Assembly (NCBI RefSeq): GCF_964355755.1 | Contig: NC_092672.1 | Span: 37,082,437 to 37,146,436, forward strand | Length of the DNA: 64,000 nt | Origin: Antedon mediterranea | Taxonomy: Eukaryota; Animalia; Echinodermata | Direction of reading: 5' to 3' | Shown here: positions 27,501-40,200 of the stretch, piece by piece | Layout: every line of letters begins with the position of its first letter | Position numbering within the stretch: the first letter of the stretch is position 1 | Made by a program: the position numbers and the translations under genes | Notes under the pieces: model-generated | Databases searched by the model: none | What the model was told of the DNA's origin: nothing | What the model saw: only the letters and a program-made list of their open reading frames with translations

Positions 27501-28591
27501 ACGAGCAAATTGCAAGAAATATGATCTATACATTAAATTAGCGATAACGTTAGAAAATGTTAGTTTTTCTTCAATCTTTTAATTGCGGCCTAAGTGGTTC
27601 TGTTGGACGTGATTGTAATTATTGTTTTAGCAATTACATTATTTTAACATTTAATAGTTGCATACTATTATTTTATTAGCAGTGTTATAACAAAATCATT
27701 AATGTTTGAATGTTTTACTAGGTCCCTAATACGCCATCTAATTATTAATAACCTTTGACCCAAAATACAGTATTTGGTTTCTCGCTTGTGATTGGTTAAA
27801 TTACGTTCTTGCGATTCGTCTTATAGATATAGCTAGTGTAATATAGGCCTAATAATATTTGTTATCGTAAAATGTTGATATCAACACTTTTTGCAAGAAT
27901 TGTTAAACAAACACTAAAATGGCATTATTTATTTTTGATACTGCACTTACAGCCTGCGTGTAGCTATACTGTATGTTGTAACAACTACAGCTACATACAC
28001 AATCGTTGGTGTTATTATAACACCCGGCATGGGCTGGCTATTCTGAAGCCAATTTGTTTTTTTCCCTATACGTTTGAGTTTACTGTAGGCCTACATAATT
28101 TGCACGGCCTGGATGTACAGTCTGGTCACAAATCGGGACAAAAGAGCGCATGTTCTTAGTATTACGAAAACTATACAACATAAATAATACAATGGGCCTA
28201 CCCAAAGTAACAGTAACGACCTTCGTATTAAATCCTGGTGATGCTATGCCCGAATGCTATGTCACCACCCCGTTATAATAGCCCCAAGTCGGGCAAGGAG
28301 GGAGGGAAACCCGCTCCAAGCTCCTAACTTTAAAAAAAAACACTCTTTGTGTATAACATTCCAGAACATCATTCACTGTTTTAACCACTAACTAATGGCC
28401 TAAACCGTCTTCATTTCAACTGAATCTGCCGCAATTTTATTTTATTATTAAATCATTTTAATTCCTTCACGATACTATATGAAACTATCGTTATTCAAAC
28501 GAAATTAATATTAATAATAATTAAGTATAAACTTGCCTGCTATAGTTACCAAAACAATATAATAGCTTAAATTGAGTATCGTCTGCTTCAT
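10755..28591 (-). CDS. Nicotinic acetylcholine receptor alpha subunit, gene A; join(28537-28591,13443-13582,13102-13146,12826-12935,11480-12455,10755-10940), 503 aa
   Basis: Spliced frame is open: [44 protein letters not shown]...[32 protein letters not shown]...[14 protein letters not shown]...Cys-loop [15 protein letters not shown]...GSWTH...loop [10 protein letters not shown]...M1-M3...[18 protein letters not shown] (M4). Vicinal CC defines an alpha subunit. Exon sizes are 55/140/45/110/976/186. Exon 1 is less certain than the rest. Confidence 0.93.
11480..12455 (-). CDS. Gene A exon 5 (Cys-loop, loops B/C, M1-M3, intracellular loop)
   Basis: ttttcag|T GCT GAT GGC...GAT AGC TTG|gtaata; lies within ORF 11426-12574. 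Confidence 0.96.
12499..12577. repeat. (AT)n microsatellite in gene A intron 4
   Basis: Directly visible. Confidence 0.95.
12826..12935 (-). CDS. Gene A exon 4
   Basis: atag|[36 protein letters not shown]|gtaagt; canonical 110-nt exon. Confidence 0.96.
13102..13146 (-). CDS. Gene A exon 3
   Basis: atag|[15 protein letters not shown]|gtaaat; canonical 45-nt nAChR exon. Confidence 0.96.
13443..13582 (-). CDS. Gene A exon 2
   Basis: tttcag|GA TGT...GAT GTG|gtgagt; 140 nt; encodes [38 protein letters not shown]. Confidence 0.96.
14615..14890 (+). repeat. Imperfect local direct duplication (two units)
   Basis: TGTGCAAATTATTTG...TTTTCCAGGAACATTGCTACAAAGAAATTGATAACTCCATA occurs twice. Confidence 0.8.
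18240..19088 (+). mobile_element. Internally deleted Rex1/Babar-like LINE relic in gene A intron 1
   Basis: [27 protein letters not shown]...[14 protein letters not shown]...KYADDT, then a jump to DPTHPLH...RSGIRLR; tail AATAAA + (TCTTGAA)3. Confidence 0.85.
19270..19625. mobile_element. Two adjacent MITE family 1 copies (one partial)
   Basis: TGATGTGCCCAAATATGG core and TTTGATAGTGTGGACAGAGC termini. Confidence 0.7.
20693..20870 (+). repeat. CpG-rich ~60-bp degenerate tandem repeat x ~3
   Basis: ACGAAGCGCG.AG.GGCGATC.GATAAC recurs three times. Confidence 0.8.
22124..22531 (+). repeat. 71-bp tandem repeat (5 full + 1 partial) containing the MITE family 1 terminus
   Basis: Units start at 22124, 22195, 22266, 22337, 22408 and 22479; nearly identical. 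Confidence 0.95.
22955..23270 (+). repeat. ~117-bp tandem repeat x ~2.6
   Basis: ACAACAT.GCGTTGTGA.GTGAACATTCTG...ACATCTTTACTTAGAATG recurs. Confidence 0.82.
25561..25813 (+). repeat. Imperfect direct duplication (two units)
   Basis: ATTATTAGAAAGAAACTTGAC...TGTTACGAGCACATCTTTTT occurs twice. Confidence 0.75.
28537..28591 (-). CDS. Gene A exon 1 (signal peptide), GC-AG donor
   Basis: ATG...[19 protein letters not shown] then CAG|GCAAGT; 55 nt and phase 1, identical in size and phase to gene B exon 1; hydrophobic core. Confidence 0.72.
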
Positions 28592-30294
28592 CTTCGTTTC
28601 CCGCGCAGTTTCCTTGTAAGGCTAGTGTCCGTTCACACACATAAACACTTGTAACAACCCCACTGCAGTCTGTTCAGACGAAAAAAACAGTATATTATAA
28701 ATATTTTTTCTGCAGTTTTCCTCGAATGTTTTTACCTGCTCATCATATCTATAATGCGAATTGTCTCACTGGTAGAATACATTGTAGCAAAGTATCCAAC
28801 ATCGTCTCCTGTGGTAACAGCTGCCCTCTGGTTCATACCACGACAGTTGACACACAATAAAGTAAACCAACGCGTATCAGAAAATCTTCGACAATTATTT
28901 TCAGGTTAATACATTAAATAATGTAACTTGTGTATAATTTAACGCCAACAACAACGCTTTAATATACGTATATTTTAATGATTTAAAACGATTCCAGCGC
29001 TGGTATTACCGCAGTGTACATTATTGAGTGTGTGAATGGTAGGACACGAACTGTACATGTTACGATGTATGGGGGTGTCCTTCACAACCAACCTCAACCA
29101 TTTGAAATAGCGTGATCTTGTACACAACGATAATAGACAAGGCACAGGTGAATCTTTAATGAAAAGCGTATTGGTAAGTCACCGCCGTCGGCGATACGGT
29201 TGTCGGTCGGCAGTTGGATAGGCCTTTAGTTAATGTGCTTGACCCCAACAGAATGTATATTTGCAACAAGAAACACGAAAGTATATGCGTTACAAAGAGA
29301 TAGTGTTTAGCTTAAGCCTGAAGATAGTAGAAAATGTTTCATGCAATTTTTAATACAATTTTCTAATACTATTTCAGTTAATGCTTGGTTACGCAACGCA
29401 ATGACCTATACGCAACGTAAGTAATTTGACCAATCACAAGCAATGGATCATCCGAACTGTCGCTTGTGATTGGTCAATTCCTTTACGTTGTGCCACGTTG
29501 TTGCGCCCTAGTGGAAACCAAACATACATTTGATATTTGTACTGAGTTATAGCTACTGTTCCATATATAATTGGAATTGTCTTTGATTAAAAGGACCTGA
29601 ATAAAAATACAGCAACAAAGATAATAACCTATTTAAAAAAATGTTTCCTTATTGATGATACTTTTATTAAAGGTATACAATAACAACTAAGCCTAAAGGT
29701 AGCCATGTTGATTACATAAGCCGCACTTAAGAGCTCTTTTGTTGTTACAATTCTTCTTTAACCTTTCTTTCTTTCTTAAGTAACGTCTTACCTTGTATGT
29801 ATACACTCGAGTCTTGTTGACTCGAGATTAGTCTGTTCTTATGAAAAGAAGAAAAACAACAAGTAGGTTTCTGGACGATTTAAGCATCTTAATAAAAGTT
29901 AATTCATTTATTTGGTGGCAAAAATATAAAAACAGGCAGAATATTTTGTAATTTAGGCGTTGTGTCAAATTCTCTGTATTTGAATTCGTAACTTATATTA
30001 TACATTTTTTTCTTCTGAACATTAGTATAATGGCCTATGCAATATGCTACTGCTACTGGAATTGTTCATTTCTATTGATACATTTTTAAATTTAGGATTT
30101 TTGACTTTGTTTAGTTTACCATATTGTCTGAATCACGTGATATCGATTTTAATGGCATGGCATTCACATAGAATAATTATACAAGGAAATAAATACAACG
30201 AAGTTTACGTATTCTCCATCACCAAGCAGAAACATAATCTGTCGTTTAGCCTTGTCATCTTTATTGGCATTATTCCCTTTAACCGTCCATCACT

Positions 30295-30500
30295 CATAAT
30301 CATCATCATCATCACAATTATCATCATCATCATCACAATTATCATCATCATCATCTTTATCATTATCAACATCATAATTATCATTTTCATCATCATCATT
30401 ATCATCATCATTTTCATCATCATTTTCGTCATCAACATCATCATCATCATCATTTTTATCATTATTATCATCATCTTCTTTTTCACCATCATCGTTATCG
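30295..30500. repeat. Degenerate (CAT)n microsatellite
   Basis: Directly visible; explains the poly-Ile and poly-Met ORFs. Confidence 0.95.
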
Positions 30501-33019
30501 CCGTGTCATTGAACACAGAAAAAATGGAAACATATACACTTTGATTCAATCCACTATCCTCCGGGCCTACGTGACTACTAAAGAAAAAATAGACTTAAAA
30601 TAAAGCAGATAGCAGTCTTGAATCGTGGAGTCTATGGTTCAATATACTAGGCCTATTTATAAAAAGAATTGAATGTACCCCTTGGCAAATGAATCGATAA
30701 TCCGATTAGCTCCCAATCATAATTAAACTAATTAGGTTAACGGTGGACTATCCAGTGTAACATTTGAAAATGGTTATGTAGTGAGTTTAAACCCAGTGTC
30801 ATTCGGATCAGTTCAGAGGATTTACATCTCCTAGGTAACAAGAGGAAAGATATATATCATGAAAACAACAAATATTGATCATGTGAAGTCTCATTATAGT
30901 ATTTACTTTGGAGTAATCGGTTGCTTGTTTATATCAAATTGGAATCTAAAGTAGGGCCTATTAAGGGTAGTGTTATTAAGATAATGGTTCTTCGTTGACA
31001 ATACAGTTAGTAGACAATACCCACTTTCCATCCTATAACCGAGAGATATATCTACAGGATACAAAGCAATACGTATTATTATTATTTTTTTTTTAAATGA
31101 TTTTCCTTTCCATTCCAACATAAAATGTTTTAACTTTACTTAGGCATGTACAGTACACGTCGATATTAGCAACTTTGGTTTATGTATACAGCAGTGACAA
31201 GTAGACCAATTTACTCAGGTGTTACGCGGAAGAATATTCCCAGTACTGAGATTTGTTTGTTTGAGCAAACATTACAAACTATAGCTTCGTGTCCAGAACA
31301 CGTTTAACGAACACAAACATCAATTTCAAGCCAATTTGTATTTATCTTTTTTGACGTTTGGTAGAAACAGTTGCTTTTAAAGGAGTTTTTTGTTTGGTTT
31401 ATCCAACAATCAAAAAAGATACATTAATTTTAACTATACGAGTCGGATTGACATCACATTTATTACGCCTTCTGCGCTGACGAAATGGATGCACACAAAA
31501 GTACACAGGCCATGCCATGGCTCTGTTTACAAGCGTAGGGCCTATTGAATATAGATAGACCTATTTCTTACTAAATTGAAGAATTTTCTCCATGTTTCGG
31601 CCATAATTAACTTTTCCGTGTAGGAATGTGTGATTTCAATTGTGCCTAAATAATTGAAAGATTATATGTGTTCTGTACAGTTGGTTTTCAAAATATGTAG
31701 GCCTAAAATCAGGGATGGGTTTGTTTTAGTGGTATTTGCACGAATTAACCATTTGCATATACCGTTAGAACAATACAGGTAATCTATGATACTTCTTGTT
31801 TTACATCTCCCATTATCGGTTAGATTTTGAGTATGCATACAGGATGGGATCTAAGCTTACCCCACCAACGTACAAGCTTTAATTTGTCACAACGTTGGTG
31901 GCACAACTTAAAGCTCAGGTACAGGCATGTATTTTTAATTAAATATCTGGTTAATTGTACATAAATAAAATATTTGTAACAAAAATCAAGACGAAAAAAC
32001 ATGAATTTCCCTTAATATGGTCAAATACAAAATTTGGTAAAATTCTGCCATAAAAACCAGGAATACTTTTTTTCAGTAGTTAGGTGGTTTAACCTAATGT
32101 AATAACATGTCTGGTGACTCCCTAGAAGGTGAACAAAGATGGCGGATATACGGTGGATAATTTTTGCTATAGCATGATAAATAAAAATCTGAAGTTGAAT
32201 AAAAATTAGTTAAGTTATATTACCTATATTTAGTGATCTGATATCATTTTTTACCACACCGTTTATTTTTCATAGCTTTTTAAAATGCCTCTCTATATTT
32301 ACAAAATTTGTTTACAAAAGAATAGAGATTATACTGTGTAATTTGATAAGAAAGTGCTTATTTTCAACAAGCTCGTGTAACAAAATAAAATCTAAAAAAT
32401 TATGAAACATAGGGGAAACTATAGATTGATAATTATTGGAATGTATGATCAATAGAAAGTTTTTTCCCGCATCTGCCCTTTAACAACCGTCACGTAAAAA
32501 ATATGAAAATAATACATTTAAAAATCCGATTATAATAACGATTTTAAAAGTAACAATATATTGTCGGCTTCGTCGATTTACATAATACGACAGGATTACA
32601 TTTCCTACATTTTATGTAATTAACAAAATGGACATAGACGGCGGGATGACTTGGTCTTAAACAGCTGAACAAAGAAATCAGCAGTACTAATTAACGTTGT
32701 ACTCGGCGGTCGCTAATTAACAAATCTAATTTAAGAATGTTGATAATCTTTCGTATCTGCGCCTCTACTTTTCCCCGCAATAAACTAATGGGTAAGATTA
32801 AATTTGTGTTTAATTAAATATTGTAAGTATTGACACGGTACGTATTATATGAGGTGAATATTTTAGGTCTAAACCCCCTCAGTCAAAATGTCTTAATGTC
32901 CGGTACGTATTAAAGAGGTGAGTGCTAGGTCTAAACCACCTCAGTCAAATGTCTTAATGTCCAAACCACCTCGAAGGAAGAAAGAGGGAACGTAAATAGT
33001 AATAATATTAGAAACATAT

Positions 33020-33380
33020 CGGATTTAGTCGGTTTTTAGTCGGGTGTAATTGGTTTGAGTCGGGTTGAGTCGATTGCGTTGATTTGAGTCGGTTTTAGTC
33101 GGGTGTAATTGGTTTGAGTCGGGTTGAGTCGATTGCGTTGATTTGAGTCGGTTTTAGTCGGGTGTAATTGGTTTGAGTCGGGTTGAGTCGATTGCGTTGA
33201 TTTGAGTCGGTTTTAGTCGGGTGTAATTGGTTTGAGTCGGGTTGAGTCGATTGCGTTGATTTGAGTCGGTTTGAGTTGGGTTGAGTCGCTTTGATTCGGA
33301 TTAAGTTGATTTGAGTCACTTTGATTCGGGTTGAGTCGGGTTGAGTTGGTTTGAGTCGATTGAGTCGGGTAAGTCGGTTT
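33020..33380 (+). repeat. 59-bp higher-order tandem repeat built from ~10-bp GAGTCGGTTT-like subunits
   Basis: Units at 33086, 33145 and 33204; decays into a simple 10-mer array at the right end. Confidence 0.9.
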
Positions 33381-34068
33381 CAATCTTTGATGAGCAAACA
33401 GATAACGTAACCATTGAAGTCAATAGTTGGTCACATCTTCATTCCACTATTGCTAAAAGATGGACATGTTCGTTTTTCTTGTAACCTACACTATAATAGC
33501 CTATAATGTCTGTCTGATGTATTTTGATCGTTCTGATTGTATGATTGTTTTTACAATGACTAACTACTGTAATGTTACTGACTTTAACTTTATTTTTTTT
33601 AAATCACCACAGAAACACTTTTTATGATTTTTGAAAATGTGTTCGTTTCCTCTAGCTGTCGAATAAAAATAAATTGACAAAAGAATATCAGAATTAAATT
33701 AGACAAGCAAGTAAAAAATTAAATGGCTATGTTAATGCGTGGTTCTCACTAAGACGCAATGACGTAAGTAAGTTGACCAATCATGACGCGATGCATTATC
33801 AATACCGTCATCATTGGTAAACTTAGTTAAGCATCCAAGTGAGAACCAAGTTCGGTGAATTCGGTGAAAAAACTTTTTTTGGAAGACGGCATACGTCATA
33901 TAAAGAAAATATTTACATACGGGTTATAGGGTAAACCTTAATATACAATATTGCTCTAATTTTCAATTATTATTATTAGAAAATGTTGAGAATCATATAT
34001 CTTGCATAACGTATTTTCTGGAATTACCATTTTTAAATTTGTCTAAATTGCACTTTGTTGCTGCTTCT

Positions 34069-34272
34069 CTATATAAAGTCCTCTTGTGTAAATTGTTTAC
34101 TTTCTAAAATAGTTGGGTTTTCGTGAACTAATGAGCCGTGTGCATCCGTACCCTCCCAAAACACTGGTGGTCTTAGAAATAAAACGACAGTACCGATGTT
34201 GACTGCGATGATAAACACCCACAGGAGCAGACGATCTATTACCAGGCCTACAAACCGCCAATCTTCTTCAGA
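34069..34272 (-). CDS. Gene B exon 7 (M4 and C-terminus)
   Basis: ttacag|SEEDWRFVGLVIDRLLLWVFIIAVNIGTVVLFLRPPVFWE...QEDFI*. Confidence 0.95.
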   Translation of the reverse strand, partial: SEEDWRFVGLVIDRLLLWVFIIAVNIGTVVLFLRPPVFWEGTDAHGSLVHENPTILESKQFTQEDFI

Positions 34273-37200
34273 CTGTAATGAAGGAAAATTTGAAAATTCA
34301 GTTAAGCTCTGTCTACACTAACTATGTGATGTACTGATGGGGCACATCACATTTTTTGTCATATAAAGTTTGATGGTGTAGACAGAGCTTTAGTTAATAT
34401 TGGAAGTGTATGCTTATCTCACAAATACCTCAGTAACAGTAATATATTTTATTATTATTCCAATGATTTAATGTTAAATTGATCTAACCTGATCAATATC
34501 ATCGGCAATCGTTAGTGTTTCTTTGATGAAATTTATTGATTGTAAAAGTTCTTTCCATTTTCTGCTACGTGGCCTCCACTCTTCTTTATAAGCAGGAGCT
34601 TTGGGTTCCTGAACTTCCATGTCTTCTTTTGATGAGGGCGTCATAGCAGTATGATGAATCGTGTATCTGTGTTCAAAATAAAGATGCTTTATTTTATTTT
34701 AAGCATGTGTTTACAATTTATTATTAACAATTTAATCTATGTTTCAACTTACTTGTTGTACGATGTTTTGTTTTTACCGGACGGTACCAAGTAAGTCCGC
34801 TGTTGCATTTTTGTATTCTTGTCTTTATTTCTAATTGTCGTATTTGTCATGCACTCCGGGTTTGGCCGTTTCATACATAAAAATCGTGGCAGAAACTTCA
34901 GGAAAACCACACGAATCCAAAGGGGCATTTCATGCGTTGTTATCGTCCGAAAATGGAGGTTTATGGTAACCACGGTTGCTATGATGGATACGCTGACCAT
35001 CGCCATTGTGAAAATCATATACTTGGCAATGAGTGGTATTGTCTGCGATGTTGGCGGAATTATATCGGGAATGAGAAGCAGAAATACGATCAACGCAAGA
35101 AGTACAGAAATACACAGGGTTATCTTTTCTTGCGCGTCAGATGGAAGGTAGAAAGTGAGGATACTCATGAAAGAAATAAGAATACAAGGTAGAACCAAAG
35201 TGATGATATAGAATAATGGATTCCTGTGAAGTATTAGATTGAAAGTTAAGTCCAGGTAAATTTCCACACAACATGGATATTTTAAAGCGTTCTTGACGAC
35301 TTTGCTTTCAACAATGTTCCATTCCCCATTCGGTCGATATTCGCGTTGCTCTAAACGATCTGACATCGCAACAAGATCTATGACGTCACCACTGTATGTC
35401 CAACTTCCAAACTTGAGAATGCAGAGCTGTTCGTCAAACGGAAAAAATTCAATGTCAATACTACAAGAAGACCTGAAGATGGCAGGAGGACTCCACTCGA
35501 CAGTTCCGTCGTAGTTTATTGTAGCGAAGTTTGAAACTTGTACGTCATAGTAGCCCTCGGCTCTAAAATGATAAAATATTATTTCTCTATGTTTTATAAT
35601 GTAAAATAAGACCATCTGCTTTCATTCATAAGTTAGCAGAAATCATAACATCATTTATATATAATAATTGTTTAAAGATTTGTTTAGGTTTGCGGTACAC
35701 CATGTATCTCTAAAAAAGAAGTAAAGTAAGGTTGAGGATGTCTTGATGTCTCAGTTGTTGTTTCCAGAACATGATTATAGCATTCTCTAAATTTTTACAT
35801 TATTTCCTATTAGGAAACAAACAGTGTACCGCAAACACATACTATCGTTTTACATCATAATAAGTACAATGTAAACTGAATATCAATTCAATTTAATTCA
35901 ATTTAATTCAACTTCATTTAATCATAGAGGCCCAGATCAACACATGGTAGTTCTTCTCTTGGGCCGTACAGCACATACAAAACAAAAAACAAATGTAATT
36001 TCAACAATGTTTTTACTATATTATGTACAGTATGACATAAATATGTATTTAAAAGTTTATGTTTAAATTTATGATTTTAGGGTCGTAGACGATGATGTCA
36101 TGGAAAAAAACTAGTTTCAACAATCTCATTACGTGTTATACAGCACAATATCTGGTTTCCATAAACTATCAATTGGTAGATGTATTTGTCTTATTCCTTC
36201 GAACTTGTCTGGATCCCAAGACAACTTGTTGTCCACCCATCGCTGCAAGATAAATACAACAATACAATAATCAGTCACCATTAACAATTAGTTTACAGAG
36301 GAGTAGTGGAGTTGACCTTGGTGGTTAAACTGCTTGCCTTCCAATCTCAAGGTCCATGGTTCAATCCTGACCTTGTGCCAGAGTTGTAACTCACGACTGT
36401 TTAACCCAATTCCTTCCATAAGCCTATAATGAGACTTAGTTTATAAACAACTGTCAAACATATTGTTTAACCCTGGCTGTTGATAATATCAGCACTACCT
36501 TGGTATAGTTATTCAATAAATTATATTGCATGCTTAGCCCCAACTGCTTATCAAATAAGACTGTTATTCAGTGATTATTATTTCAATTCATTTAAATTAT
36601 GGTTAATTACGATGTTGACCTATGGACAATTTAATTATTGTACATTATGAATGTGGCACGTACAAAACAGTTGTGTAGAGAGGTAAATACAACTGATTCA
36701 AATAACATGACGTGTGGTAAATTCAATTATTCAATATGTACTGTCACTCCTAGCTATAAAACTAGCAATAAGAAAATAGGATTTTATTACATTGTATATT
36801 ATGTCTATATAACTTTAAAATAAAACTGTAATATCACAATTTCCAAGTTTCATATAGAAACTAATAGTTATACACAATACGAAAGTATTACATAAAGTTT
36901 ATCTGGTGATTCAAGAGTAACATCCAGCAAACTCATATACACTTTAGTTTCTTTTCGTTTTTTTACAAGACTATTAATTTCCCTAATGATAAAATCGACG
37001 TGGTTCTTGAGCTCTAACACACATACGTCTGAAGAATCCTGTGTTATAATCATAATCATAATCATAATCATCAATGTACTACAGTTACCGCCTTGCATCT
37101 ATTTACATCTACTTACTTCTTTTACCCATACACTTGTTATCATAATCTGGTTCTTTTCATCCTGCAATGCAATCATAATAAAAACAACTATAAGATAAAA

Positions 37201-40200
37201 TATAAATCTGGATGATCTAAAGTACTGTATATACCAATTTGTGTTCAAGGCTTCATTTTTAAAAATTTTGATATTTATTAGAACTAAGAAGAATTAAGCC
37301 TATGGGGACATGTGAGGACATTACACTTTCAAAACTAGGCTCATCGATTTACCCCATAGACATTTCTTTCTCTCCCCTGTCTGCTATTTAGCCTTTTTCC
37401 TATAATTAATTTTGCATCACAATTGAGTTCCAATACAATTCAATTATTTTAAACTTAGGCCTTATGATAAATTCATTGTGGTTCAATAAGGTTATCTCTC
37501 AAAATCAAATTAACCAGTCAGTCACATTCAACTCGATATTATCATTCATTGCATGGTGATAGTTGTTACTTACAATGTCGACTAGTTGTGAAAGTTGAAG
37601 ACCAAAATATACCGTTAGCGTGTCATTGTTGTTAACAACAGGCCTCACTAACTGGTTATAATTGGTCATCAATTTGATGTATAACTTCTCCTGGCTTTCT
37701 GACCCGCTACAAGCTGAAACAATACATGAAGAACATATTTAAGTTTAAAATAGATCATAAGATCGATACATAGAATATAGGTACAGATAGTCCAAGACGT
37801 TCAACATTGAATTTATTAACTAATGCATATTATACAAATAATAAATGTTTATGAGTGTAATTAATGGTACAAATAATGGCATGAGGTGAATGATGAAAGG
37901 TTATATTTCAACAAGACGAAGCCGAAGCCAGGACCCACAATCGTCCAATCAAATGACAGGAATTTATTTAGGTGTTAGGCCTATATATGCACTAATACAT
38001 TATGATGATTAAGATAATAATTACTGTAACTCAAATAATTTTTATTTTCAATATATTTTGAGAATTTGACTTTTCGGAATCTGATGAAAACTAGTAAGTT
38101 CTTTGATTGAGTAAGATGTATATTAGTAATGAAAATATTGTAATATTATTGTTAAAACCTTAAATTTATCTTAATTTAGTCTTTTCGTTAGATCTATCAT
38201 TTTAACATGTTTTCAAAGCAATTATCGTGAACAGCACCAAAGATTGAAACGTTGAATCATGACATCACTATCATTATTTGAAGCACGTTTAGGACTAAGT
38301 ACAACATAGTTTGTAGCTTTTGTGATTAATCTATTTATAAAGTTTTTGAAAACTTGTTTGTTCTTTTCTTGACCTTAAATTCTTGAAGGTAATCATTGAT
38401 TCCACTAAACTAATATGTAAACATGCAGAAAATAACATTGTGTCAATGATACAATCTAATTAATAACAACATCATGATTACAAGTGACGTATTGCTTTGC
38501 TTACATTTACAATCAGGTTTTTAGTCTGTTTATTTACCTATTACAGTATAAGTTTTTTTTCTCTTTTGTGGCGTGAACCACCACCTTTATTCTTTTATAT
38601 CATAATTAAATACATTACAAATAAATCACTAATATCTGTCTTCATAATGTTCTTTCTTTAATTATATTGTTTTATTCCTTTTTTCCCGTTTAATTTTTCT
38701 TTGTATTATTCTGATAAAAAAATAAATAAAATTATCAGTAATTTTTGTAATTTTTAGTTTTTCACATATTATTGTTTCCAATATTATTACAGTATAAGTT
38801 ACCGTATCCTATTCAAAACTATAATTTGTTTAGCATATTAATGTATTAATGTATATTTTTTTTATATCTTTTGTGGTTCAACACCACCTTTATTCATTCA
38901 ATGTTTCATTACATAATTTCTAATTTTCCCTCATTAATATCATAATTTTAACTTTATTATCATACCATTAGTAAACATTAGCATTCATTTAGTATTTTTG
39001 TTTTCTGAATTACTATATTAATGTATATTAACTGCTATGATATATGAGTTTAAAAGCGTTTTTTTCCCTATTTGGTGGGGTTGTCCCACATTTATTCTCA
39101 TATGGATAAACTATACAGACTAAATAAATTAGGGTTAGTACACTATCAGTGTCTCTAACAGCTTGTGTTAGCTTCCATTATATTCATTTTCTCTTATTAT
39201 TTTTAATTCATGCAAACATTCCTAAAAGATATGTTTATTTGATAAATCATGAATGATTCCACCGAATACATGTGTTTATTTCTTTTCTACAGTATCCATC
39301 ATATCCAGAGCTGAAAAGCGTTGTATCTTTAACTACATCTCATCTTTAATTTAATTCATTTTCGGAATAAAATAAGTTATACCAAGTGTAAAATCTAAAA
39401 TTGTATAACTATCGGTTCGATTTATTATTCAACTTAGCAATAAGTAAGTAAGTTAAGTAAAATATCATTTTACTTATGTGCCAGCGGTATCGCATCAATA
39501 TTGTGTGTAACGAAATCCACTGACAATCCGTGTACTCAACAGTGGCAGATCGATACAAGTAAAACGTTTCTAAATAGGGCCTCAAGACATTTATCAATAG
39601 AAACAAAATGCAATTAATATGCACACAAGATAGATCCGTTCACACGAAGATAGTTGTTTCACCAACAAAAGATATATGTATTAGGCATATAATACATACT
39701 TTATTTCTGAACAATTATGACGGCAAAAGCACCCCATAAGTAGATGAAGTAAAACATTATATTTTGGAATTTCGAATAAAAACGATTGGAAAAGTGATAA
39801 TTATATACTGCGTATTGAATTTAGGAATTCATAATCATTAAAAAATGTTCCTAAAATAATATATGCATAAAATCGATTTATACGCATTTATACCCAAACA
39901 CAAATATAATAATTTTTTTATATAGTTATATTGAGTACGCATAATTATATTATTTATTATTTCTCTGGTAATAATCTTGATTTGTGTGGACTGCCAAGGT
40001 TATCAAGTGCATAATAAAAGCATCTAATCGTGAAAACAATAATACCACTATATATACAATCAATACTGAACAAAATAAACTCAGCACGGCTTCTTATTTA
40101 TTGCTGTACAGACTGTATATCATCGTACATTTATTTATACAGTACCGTATACAATAATAATGGCAATATATGATATTATTATGATTCTTTCTTACAATAT

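Noticed and set aside
30044-30549. Poly-Ile and poly-Met ORFs on both strands
   Set aside because: Artefacts of a (CAT)n microsatellite.
34819-35514. Plus-strand ORFs overlapping gene B exon 5
   Set aside because: Antisense shadows of the coding exon with no independent features.
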